A stretch of DNA of 64,000 nucleotides from Octopus sinensis (lineage: Eukaryota): the NCBI RefSeq assembly GCF_006345805.1, contig NC_043020.1:4898001-4962000 (forward strand). The letters are read 5' to 3'. Positions 26,834 through 41,918 of the stretch are shown here, one piece after another. The translations under genes were made by a program, and so were the position numbers. Every line of letters begins with the position of its first letter. Within the stretch, counting starts at the first letter, position 1. Under the pieces are notes generated by a model, which searched no databases, was not told the DNA's origin, and worked only from the letters and a program-made list of their open reading frames with translations.

Positions 26834-27500
26834 ATATATATATCATATACTGTTACACATAATACATCTAATACACCACATACATTCATGCATACATATA
26901 TACATACATACATGTAATTACATACCTGCATATACACACTCATACTTGCATTGAGACACATACACGCGAATGGACACATACATATATTTCTACACATACA
27001 GACATGCACATACACATACATATATATCCCTGTGTGTGTATGTGTGCGTGTGTGTGTATGTGTGTGTGTGTGTATGTGTGTGTGTGTGTGTGTATGTGTG
27101 TGTGTGTGTGTTTGTGTGGGTGTTTATGTGGGTGTACGCACGTACACATGTATGAATGAGGGACAGAGAACATGGAAGGAAATGAGGGGAGAAGGATGAG
27201 AGCAAGATCGGTCAGTCACGATTTGCACTTACACTGCTTCCTCCAGCTAATGTGTTATATGTATATATACAGTCCCCTCACGCTCACATACATGCACAAC
27301 CCCATCCACACACATATGTGTATGTGTGTGTGTATGTGTGTGTGTGTGAGTCTGTGTGTATGTCTATATATATCTACCTATTTATCTGTCTATATATATA
27401 TATCTTTCTCTCTCTCTCTCTCTCTCCATCAAACTATCTATCTATCTATCTGTCTATCTTTCTATCTCTATCTATCTATCTATCTATCTATATATATATA

Positions 27501-27541
<41 letters not shown>

Positions 27542-27790
27542 AACATATACATATATATATATATATATATATGTATACATATACATGAATTCACATTTGT
27601 ATATACGTGTGTGTATACACCAAACTCATACACATGTACACATACATATATATGTAGATGTTGATGCGCATATATATATTACATACTCCACACACACACA
27701 CACACATATATATATCATATATGTGTGTGTGTGTGTGGGTGTGTGTGTGTGTATGTTCGTGTGTGTACGTGCTCATGTGTGTATATGTGA
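26430..27790. repeat. (TA)n/(TG)n/(CA)n/(TCTA)n compound microsatellites
   Basis: Visible. Confidence 0.9.
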
Positions 27791-28127
27791 GTGTATGTAT
27801 TCGTGTGCCTACATGTTCTTCACTTACATAATTACATTACGTCATACTGCCAGATGAAACTAAGCTTCTTCGCCAGTCTGCTACAAGACATGGTAACCGC
27901 AAATTCTTCAAGAAAATCTCCATAATTAGAAGATACCATAAAAGCGCTAAGAACGCCACTATCGGAATTTCAAGTCAGTTTGCCATATTAGATTTGGTTA
28001 CTTTAGAAGGGCTCGAAATCGCCACCCTTCCCTTCATTTCGTTATTCTAAAGTTGCCAAAATAACCACCGTATTTAATTAAACAAAGGAAAAATTGAAAC
28101 GTTATCATTTAATTAATGCCTTGGGTA

Positions 28128-28475
28128 GGTGAAGGCGCGTGGCTTAGTGGTTAGGCTTTTCAGTTCACAATCGTGAGGTCGTGATTTCGATTCCCGGCAG
28201 CGCGCTTTGTCCTCTGAGCAAAAGCACTTTATTTCACGTTGCCCCAATCTACTCAGCTAGCAAAAATTAGTTGCACCCGTATTTTACAAATGGTCAGCTG
28301 AGTACTACGTTAAGGGTATGCATGTCTGTGGAATACTCAGCCATGTGCAAGTTAATTTCAACCGGAACTCTGATCGTCGTAAGCGACGGAATGCCAGTCT
28401 TGGGTGGTTTGGTGAAGTTTCTCAGGTCGAAGACGCTTTGCACTCATCACTCATGTAGAGCGGTATCTCGAAGAT
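28128..28475 (+). mobile_element. SINE family C-related copy
   Basis: ggcgcgtggcttagtggttagg head, gtttcgattccc-like B box, gagcaaaagcactttatttcacgttg central domain. Confidence 0.75.
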
Positions 28476-28887
28476 CATAAAGCTATAAATTATAGCATGT
28501 AAGTATTGGGTTGAAAAACTCTGTATTTTAGAAAAAGCTAAACTGTTGTATTCGTCTCGAGATAACTTGTCTAACAAACGCAAAGTAATAAAAAAAAATA
28601 AAGGAGAAAATAATTTGCAGGCGAAAATAGTTCATCAGCGGTGGGGGCATCGCTTAATACGTATCTCTCTCTCCTTAGGCTTCGTCAGTAATAAATATTC
28701 TGAGGCAATTGCATGTCAAGTCGCTTTTGATTTATTAAAACTGTAATTGGAAATCATTGGTATCGCATTTATCCGGAGATCTGAATAAAAATTCATTATT
28801 TGCAACGAAAGCTGTGTTGATTCAATATCATACTCAAGCAGATACATCGATGAATGCCAGTTAAAGAGTGTTCATATGTATATATAT

Positions 28888-29091
28888 AGCTGGCAGACAC
28901 GTTAGCGCGCCGGGCGAAATGCTTAGCAATATTTCGTCTGTCGTTACGTTCTGAGTTCAAATTCTGCCGAGGCCGACTTTGCCTTTCATCCTTTTGGGGT
29001 CGATAATTTAAGTACTAGTTAATCGACTTAATCCCTTTGTCTGTCCTTGTTTGTCCCCTCTGTGTTTAGCCCCCTTGTGGGTAGTAAAGAA

Positions 29092-29093
<2 letters not shown>
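28888..29093 (+). mobile_element. SINE family B
   Basis: Matches other B copies. Confidence 0.85.
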
Positions 29094-29126
<33 letters not shown>

Positions 29127-29719
29127 CGCGTGTGTAGATATGGGGTTAGCGGTTAGGTTATTACACTTATGAACGTAAGATTGTGGTTTCTATTCCTGGA
29201 CCGAGTAATGCGTTGTCTGAGCAAAGCACTTCATTTCACGTTGCAGTACAGTCCCTTGGTCATTGTCGGTTTTGCTTAGTCATATATCGCCATCTGTCTT
29301 CAATCTTTTATCTTTTATTAGTTTCAGTCATTTGGACTGCGATCATAACGGAGGCAGCGCCTGACGGGTTTGATCGAACATACTAGGTTACAGAGACGTA
29401 AACACTCCAACACGGGTTCTCAAGCTGTAGTTGGAAACAGAAATACACAGAAAGACACCCATACATACATATCTATATACAAATATACAACGGGTTTCTT
29501 TCAGTTTCCATTTTCTAAATCCATTCACAAGGTTTGCCCGAAGTTCCACAGTGTGGGACTGAACATATATATATATATTTAAAAATAAAAAAAACATACA
29601 AACTGGGACAAGAACGTGAAACATTTAGAAGACGACACAAAAAACACGAACGGGACATTCGAAGCCTTCAATCATCAGTCAAGAACCGGATCATCTTCGC
29701 AATTTCGGCTGATTAATCT

Positions 29720-29747
29720 TATATACATACATACATACATACATACA

Positions 29748-29780
<33 letters not shown>

Positions 29781-30560
29781 TTATATTTATATCTGTGTGT
29801 GTGTATATATGTTTATACACACAAACAAACTTACATACATCCATATATACATCCGTATATACATACATATACGTACATAGAAATATATATGCATATATTC
29901 GTACTTATATACGCACAGATATACATGAAAACATTAATCCATGCTCAAATATACGTATCATACATACATAGCATTTATGCTTACATACACACATACATAC
30001 ACAGACAACTTCATACATATATGCATGCATATCTATATACAAATGTACATAAACAAACATACATACAAACATACACATACGCATATACCATATACACACA
30101 CATATATATGATATATATAAACACATATACATCAACATACGCATACTAACATACATGCATACATACATACATATACATACATGCATATACACATGCATAC
30201 GTATATACAGACGTACAAACATACACACATACATACACATATATGTACATGTATATATACATACATACATACACATATGCATACACATATATACACACAT
30301 ATATATGATATATATATAAACACGCATCCAAACACACATGCATGCATACATACATACGTATACATATATACGTACATATACACATACATACACATACATG
30401 TACATGTATATATACATGCATACATGCATACACACTTTATACATAGATACATACATACATGCACATATACATACACATATACGTATATATATACACACAC
30501 ATACATACATACACATATGCATACACACATATATACGTACATACATACATACACACATAT
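29720..30560. repeat. (CATA)n-rich array
   Basis: Visible. Confidence 0.9.
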
Positions 30561-31848
30561 ACAAGGTGTATACAACATACACACCGCCAGCGCCCAAAAC
30601 ATAAACAATTATTTATATCCTCCCACCTCCACTCCCGCCAAAACCCACCTCCCACTTCTGCTCGTTCAACTTGAAGTTTCTCTCCTACATTTACATCAAA
30701 CAGAACAAGTGTTGCCACCTGCCGGCAGATGATTGCGATGGGTAAGTGTCTGAAGAACATCCGTTTAATGTTATTGTTGTTGTTGTTGTTATTGATATTG
30801 TTTTTGTTACTAATGTCGTGGTTATTTTGTATTGCAGGTGTTCGCTCGTGGGTTTTGTTGTTGTTGTTGCTGTTTTTGTTCTTGTTGTCGATGCTGTTGT
30901 TGTTATTGTTGTTGTTGCGGTGGTACTTTTGTTGTTAATAGATGCAGTTTAGTTGTTACACAGTTGATGACATTTAGCCCCAGGCCAATCCTTTTCAAGC
31001 AGAGTAAACATATGACCACTTCTATTCCAGTGATCATCGCCTTGTCTATCGCTTTCCTCACTTACTGCATATCAAAAACTACAATATTTATTATAGCAAT
31101 ATTTATTATTATATTCAGTCGTTTCCCCAAAACGACTGAATATAATTTAAGGGAGATTTGGGCTCTTTGTCTAGCATATCGATCGATCACATAGTAGCAA
31201 CCACGTTAGCGGGCTCATTTATATCAATTTAAATTTTTATTCTTTTTCCGTAACACAGAGCCAATTTTGTACCCGTTGCTGTTGTTATCGTTAGTAATGT
31301 TGTTGCTCCTCACTATGGTATAAGTTTTTGTTGATGTTACACTCGTTGTTGTTGCCGAATGTTCTGTTGTTAATACTGTTGTTGTTGTTATTGTTATTAT
31401 TGTTGCTGAGAATCTTATTGTTAGTTTCCCTCCACCCCCACTCAAATTCGCCAAAAACATATGTCGGCTTAATATTGACTGTTGGCGTTTGTTTTTGAAG
31501 TTAATATTGCTTAACTGTTACGGTTGCTACTGTTGTTGTCCTCGTCTTCGTTTTCTTCGTCGTCAAGTCATCTCAACATCAGCATCAATATCACAATAAT
31601 AATGATAATAATAACATAAATAATAATAATAACAATAATAATTAAAATTTCTTCTTTCCCTTCTTCTTCTTTCTTCTTCTCTTCTTCTTCTTCTCTTTAT
31701 TCTTCTTATTCTTATTATTATTATTATTATTTATATTATTAATTGTTATGTTGTTGTTGTTGTTATTTTATTATTATTTACACTATTATTATTATTATCA
31801 TCATCATCATCATCATATTATTATTATTATTATATATTATTATTATTA

Positions 31849-31859
<11 letters not shown>

Positions 31860-31879
<20 letters not shown>

Positions 31880-32753
31880 CTGGTTTGACAGCTGTAATTA
31901 AAATCGTTGCTCACTCAGCTGCAGCTGTGTGTATATGCACTATATATGTATACATGTGTATGTGTGCTCATATATATACATATACATACATACGCACATA
32001 CACACACACACCACACACACGCACACATATATATATATATATATATATATAATATAAATATATAATACTCGCACTCGCACACATACGCACACACACAAGC
32101 ATACATAATACTACACTAAAAATCTCATTGCAAATCTCTGTGCCTATGTGTATCTCACTTCCTTCCTTCCTTTCTTTCCCTCTTTCTTTTTCTCTTTCTT
32201 CCTCGCCTCTGTAATGCTTTTTTTCTCTCTTAAACAACAAATACAAGAATTCTTTAATACTCGAATTCCCCATTATCCTCTCTTTCCTTCTCCCAGTCTC
32301 TCTATCCCTATCTATATATCTGTCTGTCTACACAAATACCACACACACACACATATATATATATATACATAATACATACATACAAACCATTAATCGTTCC
32401 GAGCTCCTCACCACACACACCCTCTCATATTTATAACATTAAAGATTCCTCCATATTCTTATGCCTCATTATTTACCATATATTTGTTACATATTATCCA
32501 ACAATACTTTTTCCTTTCTTTCTTTTCTTTTTTTCTTTTTAGAATATTTCGCAATTTTTTTTCTTATTTTTAAAAAAATCTTTTTCATATAAAATTTTAA
32601 ATTTTTTTTAATTTCTAATTCAAATTCATTTCTTTTCTTTGATTCCTTCTTTTTTTCACTTCAAATTCTTCTTCTTCTTCTTCTTCTTCTTCTTCTCTTC
32701 TTCTTCTTCTTCTCTTCTTCTTCTTCTTCTTCTTCTTCTTCGGCTTCTTCTCT

Positions 32754-32785
<32 letters not shown>

Positions 32786-32794
32786 TTCTTTTCT

Positions 32795-32825
<31 letters not shown>

Positions 32826-33738
32826 TTATTATTATTATTATTATATTATTTAGATCATTATTATTATTATTATATTATTATTATTATTTTATTAATATTG
32901 TTCTAAAAACGTTTTTTTACGTTAATATTTTTGTTCTGTTTTTTTTTTACAATGATATCGTTTTATTGGCAGTTTATATCTAATCTGATTTCTTTCTCTC
33001 TTTCTCTCTCTGTCTGTCTGTCTGTCTGTCTTCTCTCTCTCTCTCTCTGCTTATGTCTTTATATATGTATAATATATATATATATTTATATATATAATAT
33101 AATATATACTATATATATATATATAATATATAATATGTATGTATGTATGTATGTATATATATGTGTGTGTGTGTGTATGTATATAGAATATATGTATATG
33201 TGCGTCGGTTGTGAGTGTATATATATATGTGTGGGGTGTGGTGTGGTGTGTGGCGTGTGGCTGTGTGCGGGCGCGTGTGTCCATGTTATGCATGTAAATG
33301 TGTGTCCGTGCGCATACACGTTTATATGTATATGTAAACACAAACAAACACACAAACATACACACTCACACACATGTATATACATATAAATACAAACATA
33401 TACATACATATTTTTTATTGTTATTTTTTTCAGATCCTATAAAACGATGTTCAATCAAGTGTGACTATTCAAGCGACAAATCGCCAGTTTTTAAACATCA
33501 AAGAAAGCAGTTTTAAAAATAAAAATAAAATTTTTTAAAACTTCAGGAAAACTGAACCCAACTTCCAATCAAAACGTAATTAAACTTATTCTTGTTGCAT
33601 TTCTTGTTGTTGTTTTTTTAATTCTTCTTCTTCTTCTCCTCCTCCTCCTCCTCCTCCTCCTTCTTCTTCCTCTTCTTGTTATTATTATTATTATTACTAC
33701 TATTATTATTATTATCATCATCATCATCATCATTATTA

Positions 33739-33789
<51 letters not shown>

Positions 33790-34254
33790 TGGTTGACAGC
33801 TGTAATTAAAATCGTTGCTCACTCAGCTGCAGCTGTGTGTATATGCACTATATATGTATACATGTGTATGTGTGCTCATATATATACATATATACATACA
33901 TACGCACATACACACACACACACACACACACGCAACAGATATATATATATCTATATATATATATATATATATATATAAATATATTATACTCGCACACATA
34001 CGCACACAACAGCATACATACATACTACACTAAAAATCTCATTTGCAAATCTCTGTGCCTATGTGTATCTCACTTCCTTCCTTCCTTTCTTTCCCTCTTT
34101 CTTTTTCTCTTTCTTCCTCTTCCTCTGTAATGCTTTTTTTCCTCTCTTAAACAACAAATACAAGAATTCTTTAATACTCGAATTCCCCATTATCCTCTCT
34201 TTCCTTCTCCCAGTCTCTCTATCCCTATCTATATATCTGTCTGTCTACACACAT

Positions 34255-34285
<31 letters not shown>

Positions 34286-34624
34286 CATAATACATACATA
34301 CAAACCATATTAATCGTTCCGAGCTCCTCACCACACACCACCCTCTCATATTTATAACATTTAAGATTTCCTCCATATTCTTATGCCTCATTATTTACCA
34401 ATATATTTGTTACATATTATCCAACAATACTTTTTCCTTTCTTTCTTTTCTTTTTTTCTTTTTTAGAATATTTCGCAATTTTTTTTCTTATTTTTTAAAA
34501 AATCTTTTTCATATAAAATTTTAAATTTTTTTTTTAATTTCTAAATTCAAATTCATTTCTTTTTCTTTGATTCCTTCTTTTTTCACTTCATTCTTCTCTT
34601 CTTCTTCTTCTTCTTACTTCTTAT

Positions 34625-34659
<35 letters not shown>

Positions 34660-34771
34660 TTCTTCTTCGTCTATTCTCTTCTTCTCTTCTTCTCTCTCTT
34701 TCTCTTCTTCTTCTTCTTCTTTTCTTCTTCTTCTTCTGCTTCTTCTTCTTCTTCTTCTTCTTCTTCTTCTT

Positions 34772-34802
<31 letters not shown>

Positions 34803-34831
34803 TTATTATTATTATTATTATTATAATTATC

Positions 34832-34863
<32 letters not shown>

Positions 34864-34984
34864 TTATTAATATTGTTCTAAACGTTTTTTTACGTTAATA
34901 TTTTTGTTCTGTTTTCTTTTTACAATGATATCGTTTTATTGCATGTTTATATCTAATCTGATTTCTTTCTCTCTTTCTCTCTCT

Positions 34985-35020
<36 letters not shown>

Positions 35021-35037
35021 CTCTGCTTATGTCTTTA

Positions 35038-35110
<73 letters not shown>

Positions 35111-35670
35111 GTATGTATATATATGTGTGTGTGTGTTGTATGTATATAATATATATGTATATGTGCGTGTGAGTGTATATATATATGTGTTGTGTGTGTG
35201 TGTGTGTGTGTGTGTGGCTGTGTGCGGGCGCGTGTGTCCATGTGTATGCATGTAAATGTGTGTCCGTGCGCATACACGTTTTTATATGTATATGTAAACA
35301 CAAACACACAAACATACACACTCACACACATGTATATACATATAAATACAAACATATACATACATTATTTTTTATTGTTATTTTTTTCAGATCCTATAAA
35401 ACGATGTTCAATCAAGTGTGACTATTCAAGCGACAAATCGCCAGTTTTAAACATCAAAGAAAGCAGTTTTAAAAATAAAAATAAAATTTTTTAAAACTTC
35501 AGGAAAACTGAACCCAACTTCCAATCAAAACGTAATTAAACTTATTCTTGTTGCATTTCTTGTTGTTGTTTTTTTTTAATTCTTCTTCTTCTTCTCCTCC
35601 TCCTCCTCCTCCTCCTCCTCCTCCTTCTTCTTCCTCTTCTTGTTATTATTATTATTATTATTACTATAAT
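31860..35670. repeat. ~1.9-kb direct tandem duplication
   Basis: Anchors tgg(t)ttgacagctgtaattaaaatcg at 31881/33790 and cttcaggaaaactgaacc at 33541/35497. Confidence 0.9.
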
Positions 35671-35693
35671 ATAATATAATAATAATAATAATA

Positions 35694-35784
<91 letters not shown>

Positions 35785-36155
35785 CATCATTGAGCAGCGA
35801 GCTGGCAGAATCGTTAGAACGGTGGACGAAAGCTTAGCGGTATTTCACTCGTTGCTAGGTTCTGATTTCAAATTCCGCCGAATTTCAAATTCGACTTTGC
35901 CTTTCATCCTTTCGGGGTCAATAAACTAAATATCAGCGAAGCACTTGGGTCGATGTAATAGACTGGTCCCCTCCTCCATAATTTCAGGCCTTGTGCCTTT
36001 TGTATAAAGGACTAAAGTGTGCCTAAAGCCAGCTGGAGACGATGTACTCCTGGGGCTTCAAGCTACAGTAACACCCACCCTTAGTGGTTAGCCATATTGA
36101 GATGGCAAGTATACCTCACATTGTCGTGCAAATACTGTTTATACCTCGTTCAGAG

Positions 36156-36213
<58 letters not shown>

Positions 36214-36788
36214 GAGTGAGCGAGCAGAGCTTGCCATCAAAGTGACACTGGGGTAAAATATACGAAGCCCAATATACCCATCATGACTACCCGTCTGATA
36301 AGGGTACACCAGGCACATGCATCACAACCATATGTGCGCGACATGGTGATCTCATATCAAGATAAACAGCACATGACCTTGCAGGTGGAGCCCAGTTAGA
36401 ATTTTCTTCAGATCGAGTAACCCATCCCGCTCAAAAGGTCCCTGAATAAGGGTTGTTTAAGGACGTTGAACGAAACACCCTGTTTCCAGAGGTGAATTAT
36501 TCAAAACCCAAAGAATCCCTCTCAACACATGGCTATGATACTCCCCCACTACTTCTGCTCGTGATCAGAGATGCACATATCGTCACCACTAAGGGACATG
36601 CTCAACTGGTTATGGTCAAACAACTGACAAGCAAATCTGTGGTATTGAGCAGAATATTTGCTGTAGCCCATCTTTTATACCAAGACAAAACAATGTACAT
36701 GATTATTATTATTATTATTATTATTATTAATATTATTACTACTACTACTACTATTATTATTATTAATATTATTATTATTATTATTATC

Positions 36789-36856
<68 letters not shown>

Positions 36857-37561
36857 CATTATTATTATTGAGTGAGAGAGCAGTGCATGCCATCAAAATG
36901 CCACGGATAAAATATACGAAGCCTAGTATACCCATCATGACTACCCGTCTGATAAGGGTACACCAGGCACATGCATCACAACCATATGTGCGCAACATGG
37001 TGATCTCATATCAAGATAAACGACGTAAGACCTTGCAAGTGGGGCCCAGTTAGAATATTCTACAGTCGAGTAACCCATCCCGCTCAAATGGTCCTTGAAT
37101 GAGGGTTGTTGAAGGATGTTGAACGAAACACCCATGTTTTCAGAAGTGAATTATCCAAACTCCAAAGAATTCGTCTCGACACATGGCTATGATGCTTCCC
37201 CATTACTTCTACTCATGATCAGAGATGCACATATCGTCAGCCACTAAGGGACATGCTCAACTGATGAAGGTCTCAAACAGCTGACAAGCAAATCCGTGGA
37301 ATTAGCAGAACATTTGCTGCAGGTCATTATTTATACCAAGACAATCAGTTTAGACCAAAAGCTATGAGAGCCACTGCCTGGCACTGCATCAGGCATTATT
37401 ATTATTATCACGTTGCTCCAGTCCACTCAGCTGGCAAAATTGAGTAACGTGGCGATGGACTGGCGTCCTGACAATCTGGGGAACACATACGCCATAGAAA
37501 CCGTGAAACCGGGCCCATGAGCCTGGCTAGGCTTTAAAAGGGCGCATTTATTTTATTTATC

Positions 37562-37610
<49 letters not shown>

Positions 37611-38061
37611 ATGATTATGGTGATGATGAAGATGATGATGATGATGATGATGATGATCATCATCATCATCTTTCAATTTTTTGCCGAGCGTCTTCCGAAA
37701 CGCTGTATACATTGGTAAGCCATTAAAATAAACACACCAGATTGTTCATTTACAAAAGTCATGTGATGGAGAAAAAGAAAGACAGAGAAAAACCTTTATA
37801 TAAAACAACACAACCATTTCAAATATATAGGGTTTTTCTAAGGATTTGAACAGTACTTGTCAGCACAATCTTTTGGATTCTTGTGAGACATGGTTCTCCA
37901 GGGATTTTGTCTAAGTGTTTCTGGCATCCCCTTTTTTTATCATACCTAAGGCACTTACAATAACAGCAACGGGTTTTGCTTTAAGTTTCCACATCTTTTG
38001 TAATTCAAATTCTAGGTACTAATATTTATATATAAGTATCTGGAAATTATTATTATTGTTA

Positions 38062-38121
<60 letters not shown>

Positions 38122-38675
38122 TGAGTGAGAGAGCAGTGCATGCCATCAAAGTAACACTGGAGTAAAATATACGAAGCCCAGTATACCCATCATGACTACA
38201 CGTCTGATAAGGGTACACCAGGCACATGCATCACAACCATATGTGCACGACATGGTGATCTCATATCAAGATAAATAGCACATGACCTTGCAGGTGGGGC
38301 CCAGTTAGAATTTTCTTCTGGTCGAGTAACCCATCCTGCTCAAAAGGTCCCTGAATAAGGGTTGTTTAAGGATGTTGAACGAAACACCCATGTTTCCAGA
38401 GGTGAATTATTCAAACCTCAAAGAATCCTTCTCAACACATGGCTATGATGCTCCCCCACTACTTCTGCTCATGATCAGAGACGCACATATCGTCAACCAC
38501 TAAGGGACATGCTCAACTGGTTAAGGTCAAACAACTGACAAGCAAATAGGTGGTCTTGAGCAGAATATTTGCTGTAGCCCATCTTTTATACCAAGACAAA
38601 ACAATGTACATGATAACACTTCCAGTCAGTTAAGATCAGAAGCCATGAGAGCCACTGCCTGGAACTGCATCAGGG

Positions 38676-38678
<3 letters not shown>
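36214..38678 (-). mobile_element. Three copies of a ~0.5-kb non-coding element X embedded in (AAT)n (36214-36702, 36870-37396, 38121-38678)
   Basis: Shared 3' end ...gcactgctctctcactca fused to (ATA)n; two copies share the 5' end aatgcc(c)tgatgcag and one is 5'-truncated. Confidence 0.8.
37670..38046 (-). mobile_element. 3' end of R4/Dong-clade non-LTR retrotransposon (RLE C-terminus + 3' UTR), frameshifted copy
   Basis: Duplicate of 38800-39178. Confidence 0.8.
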
Positions 38679-38739
<61 letters not shown>

Positions 38740-38799
38740 ATGATTATGGTGATGATGAAGATGATGATGATGATGATGATGATCATCATCATCATCATC

Positions 38800-39178
38800 A
38801 TCTTTCAATTTCTTGCCGAGCGTCTTCCGAAACGCTGTATACATTGGTAAGCCATTAAAATAAACACACCAGATTGTTCATTTACAAAAGTCATGTGATG
38901 GAGAAAAAGAAAGACAGAGAAAAACCTTTATATAAAACAACACAATCATTTCAAATATATAGGGTTTTTCTAAGGATTTGAACAGTACTTGTCAGCAAAA
39001 TCTTTTGGATTCTTGTGAGACATGGTTCTCCAGGGATTTTGTCTAAGTGTTTCTGGCATCCCCTTTTTTTTATCATACCTAAGGCACTTACAATAACAGC
39101 AACGGGTTTTGCTTTAAGCTTCCACATCTTTTGTAATTCAATTTCCAGGTACTAATATTTATATATAAGTACCCGGAA
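38800..39178 (-). mobile_element. 3' end of R4/Dong-clade non-LTR retrotransposon
   Basis: Translates KY*YLEIELQKMWKLKAKPVAVIVSALGMIKKRGCQKHLDKIPGEPCLTRIQKILLTSTVQILRKTLYI*, the typical C-terminus of restriction-like-endonuclease elements. Confidence 0.82.
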
Positions 39179-39238
39179 ATTATTATTATCATTATTATTA
39201 TTATTATTATTATTATATTATATTATTATTATTATTAT

Positions 39239-39278
<40 letters not shown>

Positions 39279-40973
39279 TGTATCATGGTTGTTAGTTGCT
39301 GCTGCTTGTAATTTCTCATCACACGTCAAAAAGATTTGCTACGAGTTTGGCCGACGATTTAAAAAAAAAACAACCTTTTTTTATTGTAACTAAAGGAAAT
39401 GGTTTTTCTTCTTGAATTATATTTCGCACAGAGATCTCCGTGGCTCGTCTACTTCATTCCAGCCTTAAACAACAAAGTCGGATTCTGAAAAAAAAAAGAA
39501 GAAAAAAAGAATGAAAAATAGAAAAAAGAAAAGTGGGAAGAAAAGATACCGCCATTATATTTTTTCCGTCTAACACTGACGTAAAAATGGCGTCTTCCTT
39601 CCTGCGATACGCCCCTCGAAAAGATGACATTGACCAAAGCAAAGCATCTGCCAAAAGAAATGTAACAAAAAAAGAATTCTAGCAAATAATCGTAGGCATA
39701 GCTGTGTGGGTACAGAAGCTCACTTTCCAGTCACGTGGTTTCAGGCTCAGTCTCGCTGAGCAGCTGTCTTCTACAACAGAAAAGAACACACAATGCTGGA
39801 CTCACCCCAGCAGCACAGGAGTGTAGCAGTTGACGCAGCAGAAATTTGCCTCAATCTATCAAATATTGAACAGTTATAAAAATATTGATTGTTTGTTCCT
39901 TCTCGAGCCACGCCTTGCTCATAAGGGCCGGTTTCCCGGTTTCCTTGGTGTATAGGTTCCCCACCTGGACGGGACGCCATCCGTCGCAGGTGAGCTGCAA
40001 GATGCAGGAGGAAAGAGTGAGAGAAAGTTGTGGCGAAAGAGTCAGCAGAAGTTCGCCATTACCTTCTGCCGGAGCCACGGGGAGCTTAGGTGTTTCGCTC
40101 ATAAACACACACATCGGCCGGTCTGAGATTCGAACCCGCAATCCCTCGATCGCGAGTCTGCTGCTCTAACCACTAGGCCATGTGCCTCCACAAATCACTT
40201 CTATACCAACATACATACATCCTATACAGGCACTCTCCGCACCTACTCTTTCACATCAAAAAATGCAGCGCAGACATCCCCCAGGTTCTTCATACACATA
40301 CCCTTACAACACCGTTCAACCACACCCAATGATACGACCTGCTATTATTTTCCAGCCCCGACACCATACGCAGCCACACCCAGAGATTCGCCAACACCCC
40401 GCCAAAGCCTTACATTTCGAACCACACCTAAAAACCACAACCGTAATTGAAATAAAGCTTCAATTTAAGAAAAAAATTGATAAACAAATCTAGTAAGAAT
40501 GCAGGTTGCAGTGGTACTTATTGGGGTGGCGGTTGGGGTGGTTTTGATGCGGATGGTGCGTGGTAGTGGTGGTGGTGTTGGTGGCAGTATTGGCGATAGT
40601 GGTGTGGAGCTAATGGTGATGGCGGTGGGAGTTGTAGTGGTGGGAGCGTCGAACTGGCAGTGATGTAGCATGTAGTGGTAGAGATGGTATTAGTATGTTG
40701 TAATTGTTATGAGTTGTGGTTTTTATAGTATCGGTGGTGGTAGTGTGGTGAAAGCGTTAGTGATGGTGAGGGGAGGGGACTGAGGCGGTGCAATGGTTGT
40801 GGGGTTGTAGTGGTGGTAGTAGTGATGTTAGTGAAAGCAATGGTGGCGTTGGTGATGGTAGTAGTGGTGGTGGTATTACTAGTGGTAGTGATGGTGGTGG
40901 TGAATGTGGTACTGCTGGTGGTGATGGTTATAGTGATGATAGTAGTAATAGTAGTAGTAGTAGTAGTAGTAGT

Positions 40974-41013
<40 letters not shown>

Positions 41014-41516
41014 TGAAGAAGAAGAAGAAGAAGAAGAAGAAGAAGAAGAAGAAGAGAAGAAGAAGAAGAAGAAGAAGAAGAAGAAGAAGAAGAAGAAATG
41101 GTTGCAGAGGAAAAGAAAATATGTCTTTCCACTGAGATCGATTTTACCTTTCATCTTCTCAGGGCCGATAAAACCAGTACCGGTCACATATTGGGTCGAT
41201 GCAATCAACAATCAACTCTTTCCTAAAATTTCAGTCCAAGTGCAGAACGATTAGTGTTAATCTTGTGTCTTCAATCCTCGCTGAAGCATAAAAAATAAGA
41301 AAATCGGAAATGTAACTACAATAAACTTTATGTTACTCACGCGTAACCATGTCACATGTCATATCACCGTGATGGACCAGGCTATCAGATGTTGCTACAC
41401 ATCGCTGGTCACAATGCGCTTCGCATTGGTTTAGCCTTCAAATTACGTCACCCCGCTGGCTAAGCGAGCAGGCCAACATGTTATATAACGTATACATATT
41501 ATATAATGTATACTAT

Positions 41517-41918
41517 ATAGGCGCAGGAGTGGCTGTGTGGTAAGTAGCTTGATAACCAACCACATGGTTCCGGGTTCAGTCCCACTGCGTGGCATCTTGG
41601 GCAAGTGTCTTCTACTATAGCCCCGGGCCGACCAATGCCTTGTGAGTGGATTTGGTAGACGGAAACTGAAAGAAGCCTGTCGTATATATGTATATATATA
41701 TATATGTGTGTGTGTTTGTGTGTTTATGTTTGTCCCCCTAACATTGCTTGACAACCGATGCTGGTGTGTTTACGTCCCCGTCACTTAGCGGTTCGGCAAA
41801 AGAGACCAATAGAATAAGTACTAGCCTTACAAAGAATAAGTCCCGGGGTCGATTTGCTCGACTAAAGGCGGTGCTCCAGCATGGCCGCAGTCAAATGACT
41901 GAAACAAGTAAAAGAGTA
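41517..41918 (+). mobile_element. SINE family A
   Basis: Full length. Confidence 0.92.

Noticed and set aside
29590-29720. Penelope-type end with CAGCCGAAAUUG on the minus strand
   Set aside because: It is truncated by (TACA)n before any core would appear, so no ribozyme call is possible.
30745-30775. CUGAAGA-ACAU/AUGU hairpin
   Set aside because: There is no GAAA after the stem.
37261-37280. CTGATGAAGG in element X copy 2
   Set aside because: Other copies read ctggttaagg, and there is no stem II or GAAA; a chance match.
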